A stretch of 64,000 nt of DNA, from NCBI GenBank assembly GCA_965197905.1, contig CBDAOB010000003.1, positions 992,001-1,056,000 of the forward strand, in the 5' to 3' direction. Below the pieces are notes generated by a model. That model saw only the letters and a program-made list of their open reading frames with translations, did no database searches and was not told where the DNA came from. Origin of the DNA: Candidatus Latescibacterota bacterium. Its GTDB lineage: Bacteria > Latescibacterota > UBA2968 > UBA8231. Both the position numbers and the translations under genes were made by a program. The stretch's first letter is position 1, and the number at the start of each line of letters is the position of its first letter. Positions 60,755-64,000 of this stretch are shown one piece after another.

Positions 60755-61825
60755 TCAGGCCGGCCCCTCGTTCTTCCACCAGCGCAACTCATTACCCCCA
60801 CTGGCGGCAACGACAGCCAGATCGAGCCGGCCATCTCCGTCCAGATCGACGAGTATCGGTTGGGTGACACCGGCCCAGCTCTCCTTCAGTACCTGCATCT
60901 GCCACAGCCCACGAGGATCACCTTCATGTTTGAACAAGGCAACCCGTCCCTCGCCGACCGAACTGGCGACCACTTCCATCTGACCATCGCCGTCGACATC
61001 TCCGGCTACCGCCTCGAACGCTCCCGGGAAATCACCGATCAGATGTTTGTCCCACGGCGTTGCCTCAGGTGAACCGTCATTCTCATACCAGACAATCGAT
61101 CCGCTGTGATCCTGCCTGTCGTGAAACGCCATTACAACATCGGTTTGGCCGTTGCGGTCGATGTCGACTGGATGACCGTGATAGGGCCCGATCGCCTCGT
61201 CGATGACATGCTTCTGCCATTTTAACCCGGTCTCATCCCCGAGGTTTCTATACCAGACCACCTGATTCCCCGTGCAGGCCGTGCCCAACAGGTCGATGCG
61301 CCCGTCGTCGTCGAAATCGGCGGCACAGATCGTGCGAGTCTCGCCCATGTTCGTGTCGACGAAATGGCGCTCCCACTGCCCATTGCGGCGCTTGAACCAG
61401 CAGAACTGATTGCCGATGCGCCAGCCGGAAGCCGCCAACTCCAGCTCTCCGTCACCATCCAGGTCGGCCACCGTGACATCCGAGACATAATAGTTTCGCC
61501 ACGACGAAATTTCTCGAGGATTGCCGTCGTACTCGAAGCAGATCAAACAGCCGTTGATATTGTCGACGGCGATGATCTCCCACCTGCCGTCCCCGTTGAG
61601 ATCGACAAGGATATGCCGCTCCAGCCATTCCCCACCCCGACGGTGGATCAGATGCCGGGTGAAGTTGCCGTTGCCGTTGTTCTCGAAAAGATTCAAACCC
61701 GTATTGAGATCTCCAACCATCAGATCGAGACTGCCAGTACCGGTGAAATCGGCGGCGGAGACGCCGTAGGAGTAGGTGAATCCGTCTTGGATCAGGTGTT
61801 CGGAAAAGCGTACGAACTCGACCAT
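60755..61825 (-). CDS. FG-GAP/VCBS repeat beta-propeller protein
   Basis: Seven DxDxDG-type repeats (e.g. DLNGDG, DLDGDG, DFDDDG, DVDGDG), each followed by W/F-x-x/E-N. Confidence 0.88.
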   Translation of the reverse strand: MVEFVRFSEHLIQDGFTYSYGVSAADFTGTGSLDLMVGDLNTGLNLFENNGNGNFTRHLIHRRGGEWLERHILVDLNGDGRWEIIAVDNINGCLICFEYDGNPREISSWRNYYVSDVTVADLDGDGELELAASGWRIGNQFCWFKRRNGQWERHFVDTNMGETRTICAADFDDDGRIDLLGTACTGNQVVWYRNLGDETGLKWQKHVIDEAIGPYHGHPVDIDRNGQTDVVMAFHDRQDHSGSIVWYENDGSPEATPWDKHLIGDFPGAFEAVAGDVDGDGQMEVVASSVGEGRVALFKHEGDPRGLWQMQVLKESWAGVTQPILVDLDGDGRLDLAVVAASGGNELRWWKNEGPA

Positions 61826-61840
61826 CTCAGGATAATGCTT

Positions 61841-62293
61841 TCAAGCGGAAGGGCGCGTGAATCTATTGTTGCCCGTGGCGAAGTAGGCGTCCATGGGTAG
61901 GAAATAGGACTCTTCCCACCAGGGTGCCGAGAATCGAGTCTGCTCCGCGGGCAAGCCGGAATGGTGAATTATGATCGTGGTGCCATCATCGTGGGGGAAA
62001 CCTATACCGCCGTAGTTCTGACCGGTTGCCAGCGACCACTCTATCCGCGACTCGGCAGTGCCACCCTCTGGCAGGGACACATGCCACCTCTGCGCGATCC
62101 GGTGGTACGGCTCTATTTCGACATTCACGCCGGTGATCTGCGCGTCAAGTGTGTTGAACTTATCGCCGGCTGTTGCGGTTATATCAGCGGCGGCTCCAGT
62201 CATGGCGGAATGTTCCCGACTGTCCAGCCACGCTTCGAACAGGCGCTTGGGAGAGGCACGCACCACGCGGCGGGTCTCGTATTCACCGGCCAT
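61841..62293 (-). CDS. SRPBCC/AHSA1 domain protein
   Basis: ASPKRLFEAWLDSREHSAMTG, RIAQRW and WEESYFLPM. Confidence 0.85.
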   Translation of the reverse strand: MAGEYETRRVVRASPKRLFEAWLDSREHSAMTGAAADITATAGDKFNTLDAQITGVNVEIEPYHRIAQRWHVSLPEGGTAESRIEWSLATGQNYGGIGFPHDDGTTIIIHHSGLPAEQTRFSAPWWEESYFLPMDAYFATGNNRFTRPSA

Positions 62294-62392
62294 ACGTCAT
62301 TCGACCTTTGAATCGTGTCCAGGTCGAGCTGAAAGAGCCACCAGGCAGTTACAGATCAGGGCGTCCCTTGAGTCTGAAACCGCAGTTGCTCT

Positions 62393-63247
62393 TCACTCCG
62401 GCGCAGTGCGGTTCTTGATATCGATACCATTGCCGCGCTCCTCCACGATATCCTTGATGGTCTCATAATGGGCCATCGCGGCCATCTCCAGGGTCTCGGG
62501 CGAAAGGCGGGCGCGGATCTCCTCGGAGAATGGCTCAGACGAGCCGCCCACGTTGTACTGCAGGTTGTAACGCATGATCAGAAATCGCCGGTCCCGATCC
62601 TCTGGCTTCCAGTTAAGCACGCCGTGGATCGTGCGTTCGGATATGATCACCACGTCACCAGCCTTCGGGGTAATGTTGGCCACGCCCGGAGCCACGTAAT
62701 CGGCCACGAACCCATCATAGTAGGTGCTGGAGTAATAATAATCCTTGGGAAAGAGGAACTCGCTCTTGTGTGAACCGGGAATCACCACCAATCCGCCATC
62801 GCCTGGGAAGACGTCGGTAAGGTAGAAAAAGAAGATGAAATCGGTACAGCGGATCTCACCGTTATTGATGTAATAGCGCCGGGTGTCGGGCTGTTTGCCG
62901 ACCGTCCAGCCAGCATGCAACGGGTGAAAGCAGTGGTGGTGGGTATTGTAGCCCAACGTGCCGCTCCCGAATCGGGGCCGGTAATTGGTGAACTCCATCA
63001 TGATCGGCCAGGTGGTCGGGTGCACTACAAGCTGTTCTAGTGCTTTGTCGAAGGCGAAACCGTGCTGATAGCCGGTGACATCCTTGCGTTCCAGGTCGGC
63101 GCCGAATCCGGCAGGCCATTCCGCGGGTGGCATCGTGATGTAGCGGTCGGCCGCTGCCTGGGCACTTTTCAACTCCTCCTGGCTGAGGACGTTTTCCACG
63201 TGCAGATATCCCGCTACGTCGAAGAAATACCGCTGTTCGGGTGTCAT
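62393..63247 (-). CDS. PhyH-family dioxygenase (LHAG type)
   Basis: YFFDVAGYL, PLHAG, DGGLVVIPGSHK, ERTIHG and RRFLIMRY. Confidence 0.88.
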   Translation of the reverse strand: MTPEQRYFFDVAGYLHVENVLSQEELKSAQAAADRYITMPPAEWPAGFGADLERKDVTGYQHGFAFDKALEQLVVHPTTWPIMMEFTNYRPRFGSGTLGYNTHHHCFHPLHAGWTVGKQPDTRRYYINNGEIRCTDFIFFFYLTDVFPGDGGLVVIPGSHKSEFLFPKDYYYSSTYYDGFVADYVAPGVANITPKAGDVVIISERTIHGVLNWKPEDRDRRFLIMRYNLQYNVGGSSEPFSEEIRARLSPETLEMAAMAHYETIKDIVEERGNGIDIKNRTAPE

Positions 63248-63402
63248 CTTGGCTCCAATCGAAGTTGACAGTAGGCGCTATTTAGAAGTCTACCTTTAGC
63301 TGTATTCACGGTCAAGCAACCCAGTCGCCCAACGCCAATCAATGGGCTCGACTAGCTTAATCGACTATATTGCCGGCGCCGTGGATGCCAACCCTCAGAG
63401 GT

Positions 63403-63431
63403 TTGACGACACACACACCCCAATCTATATA
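63403..63431 (+). promoter_or_regulatory. Possible sigma70-like promoter
   Basis: TTGACG-N17-TATATA upstream of the last gene. Confidence 0.35.
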
Positions 63432-64000
63432 TGGGACGCAACGCTAGACTGTTGAACTACCTTTATACGCGCGTTCTTTCGTCGAAATTGCCAGCACTAC
63501 TCCGATTCGCGATTGCAAGCCACGTCTCACTGTTGGTGGCCGCCGGAATTTGTCAGGAGAGACTGGTCCAGGGACCCGAGAGTATCGAGCCGTCCGCGAC
63601 CTATCTGAAACGCCCGGTGAGATCTTACACCAACTACGCCGACCAACCTTACCTGAATTACCCGAACCATTCTTTCCCGTACGCCGACATAAGACAGACG
63701 TTCTACGGTCCTATGGGCGACTACCTCGCCAACGGTTTCGATCTCTACTCCTGGACCGAGACCCGCAGGCCAGAGCAGATTTACGGCAGCGCCATTTTCA
63801 CGGACATGGGTCGCATGCGTGGCATCATGGAGCACGTCGTCAGCGTCCGCGATGGCTACGGTCGCTGGGGATACACAGCGATCGTTGGCGATGGCCTCAT
63901 GGCTCGCTTCACACCCCTTACCCTTTCGAAGTCAGATTTTAATGGCGTGCGGCTGGACCTGGCCGCACCCGCTCTGCAAGTAACCTTCTTGGGTTCGCGC
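63431..64000 (+). CDS. 3'-partial paralogue of the large protein at 13087-16131 (absent from the ORF track)
   Basis: Manual translation: YTNYADQPYLNYPNHSFPY..FYGPMGDYLANGFDLYSW..RDGYGRWGYTAIVGDGLMARFTPLTLSKSDFNGVRLD. Start is ATG 63431 or a downstream TTG. Confidence 0.85.
   Translation, partial: MGRNARLLNYLYTRVLSSKLPALLRFAIASHVSLLVAAGICQERLVQGPESIEPSATYLKRPVRSYTNYADQPYLNYPNHSFPYADIRQTFYGPMGDYLANGFDLYSWTETRRPEQIYGSAIFTDMGRMRGIMEHVVSVRDGYGRWGYTAIVGDGLMARFTPLTLSKSDFNGVRLDLAAPALQVTFLGSR

Noticed and set aside
63409..63418. (AC)5 microsatellite in the putative promoter spacer as a phase-variation switch
   Set aside because: Five units is short and the promoter itself is only tentative.
1..64000. 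CRISPR array, tRNA, rRNA or riboswitch
   Set aside because: No regularly spaced repeats and no recognisable RNA gene signature in the intergenic regions. A covariance-model search would be needed to exclude small RNAs.

Overview
GC-rich bacterial chromosomal segment with about 50 CDS and no rRNA, tRNA or CRISPR that I could detect. It holds five PhyH-type Fe(II)/2OG dioxygenases, enolase-superfamily dehydratases, a DUF6785-like transporter, propeller/TIM-barrel glycosidase-like proteins and a large lineage-type outer-membrane protein family. This content resembles Candidatus Latescibacterota/Poribacteria-like carbohydrate scavengers (inference only). Layout: 1-12.1 kb is a run of catabolic enzymes. 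12.2-24.2 kb is a decayed accessory zone (integrase remnant, IS1380 remnants, several pseudogenes, MFS, YfiR plus kinase). 24.2-27.6 kb is a TM0106-type nuclease-helicase. 27.6-42 kb is mixed metabolism ending in rlmKL. 43024-45078 is an intact IS1595-family element (25-bp perfect TIRs, 8-bp TSD) that splits a TIGR03364-like oxidoreductase and carries 3-4 unknown passenger genes, with an inward-facing sigma70-like promoter at each TIR. 45.5-64 kb is a putative glycan uptake/degradation cluster with tandem-duplicated ABC binding proteins. Best leads: (i) the two-promoter cargo-carrying IS1595, plus an 8-bp duplication elsewhere that may be its footprint; (ii) a PhyH subfamily lacking the HxD carboxylate but carrying a conserved ExxxH; (iii) two paralogues of a roughly 1000-aa Ca-loop/beta-barrel-like protein; (iv) a glycan-utilisation-like cluster without SusCD. 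All family calls come from motif recognition, not database searches.
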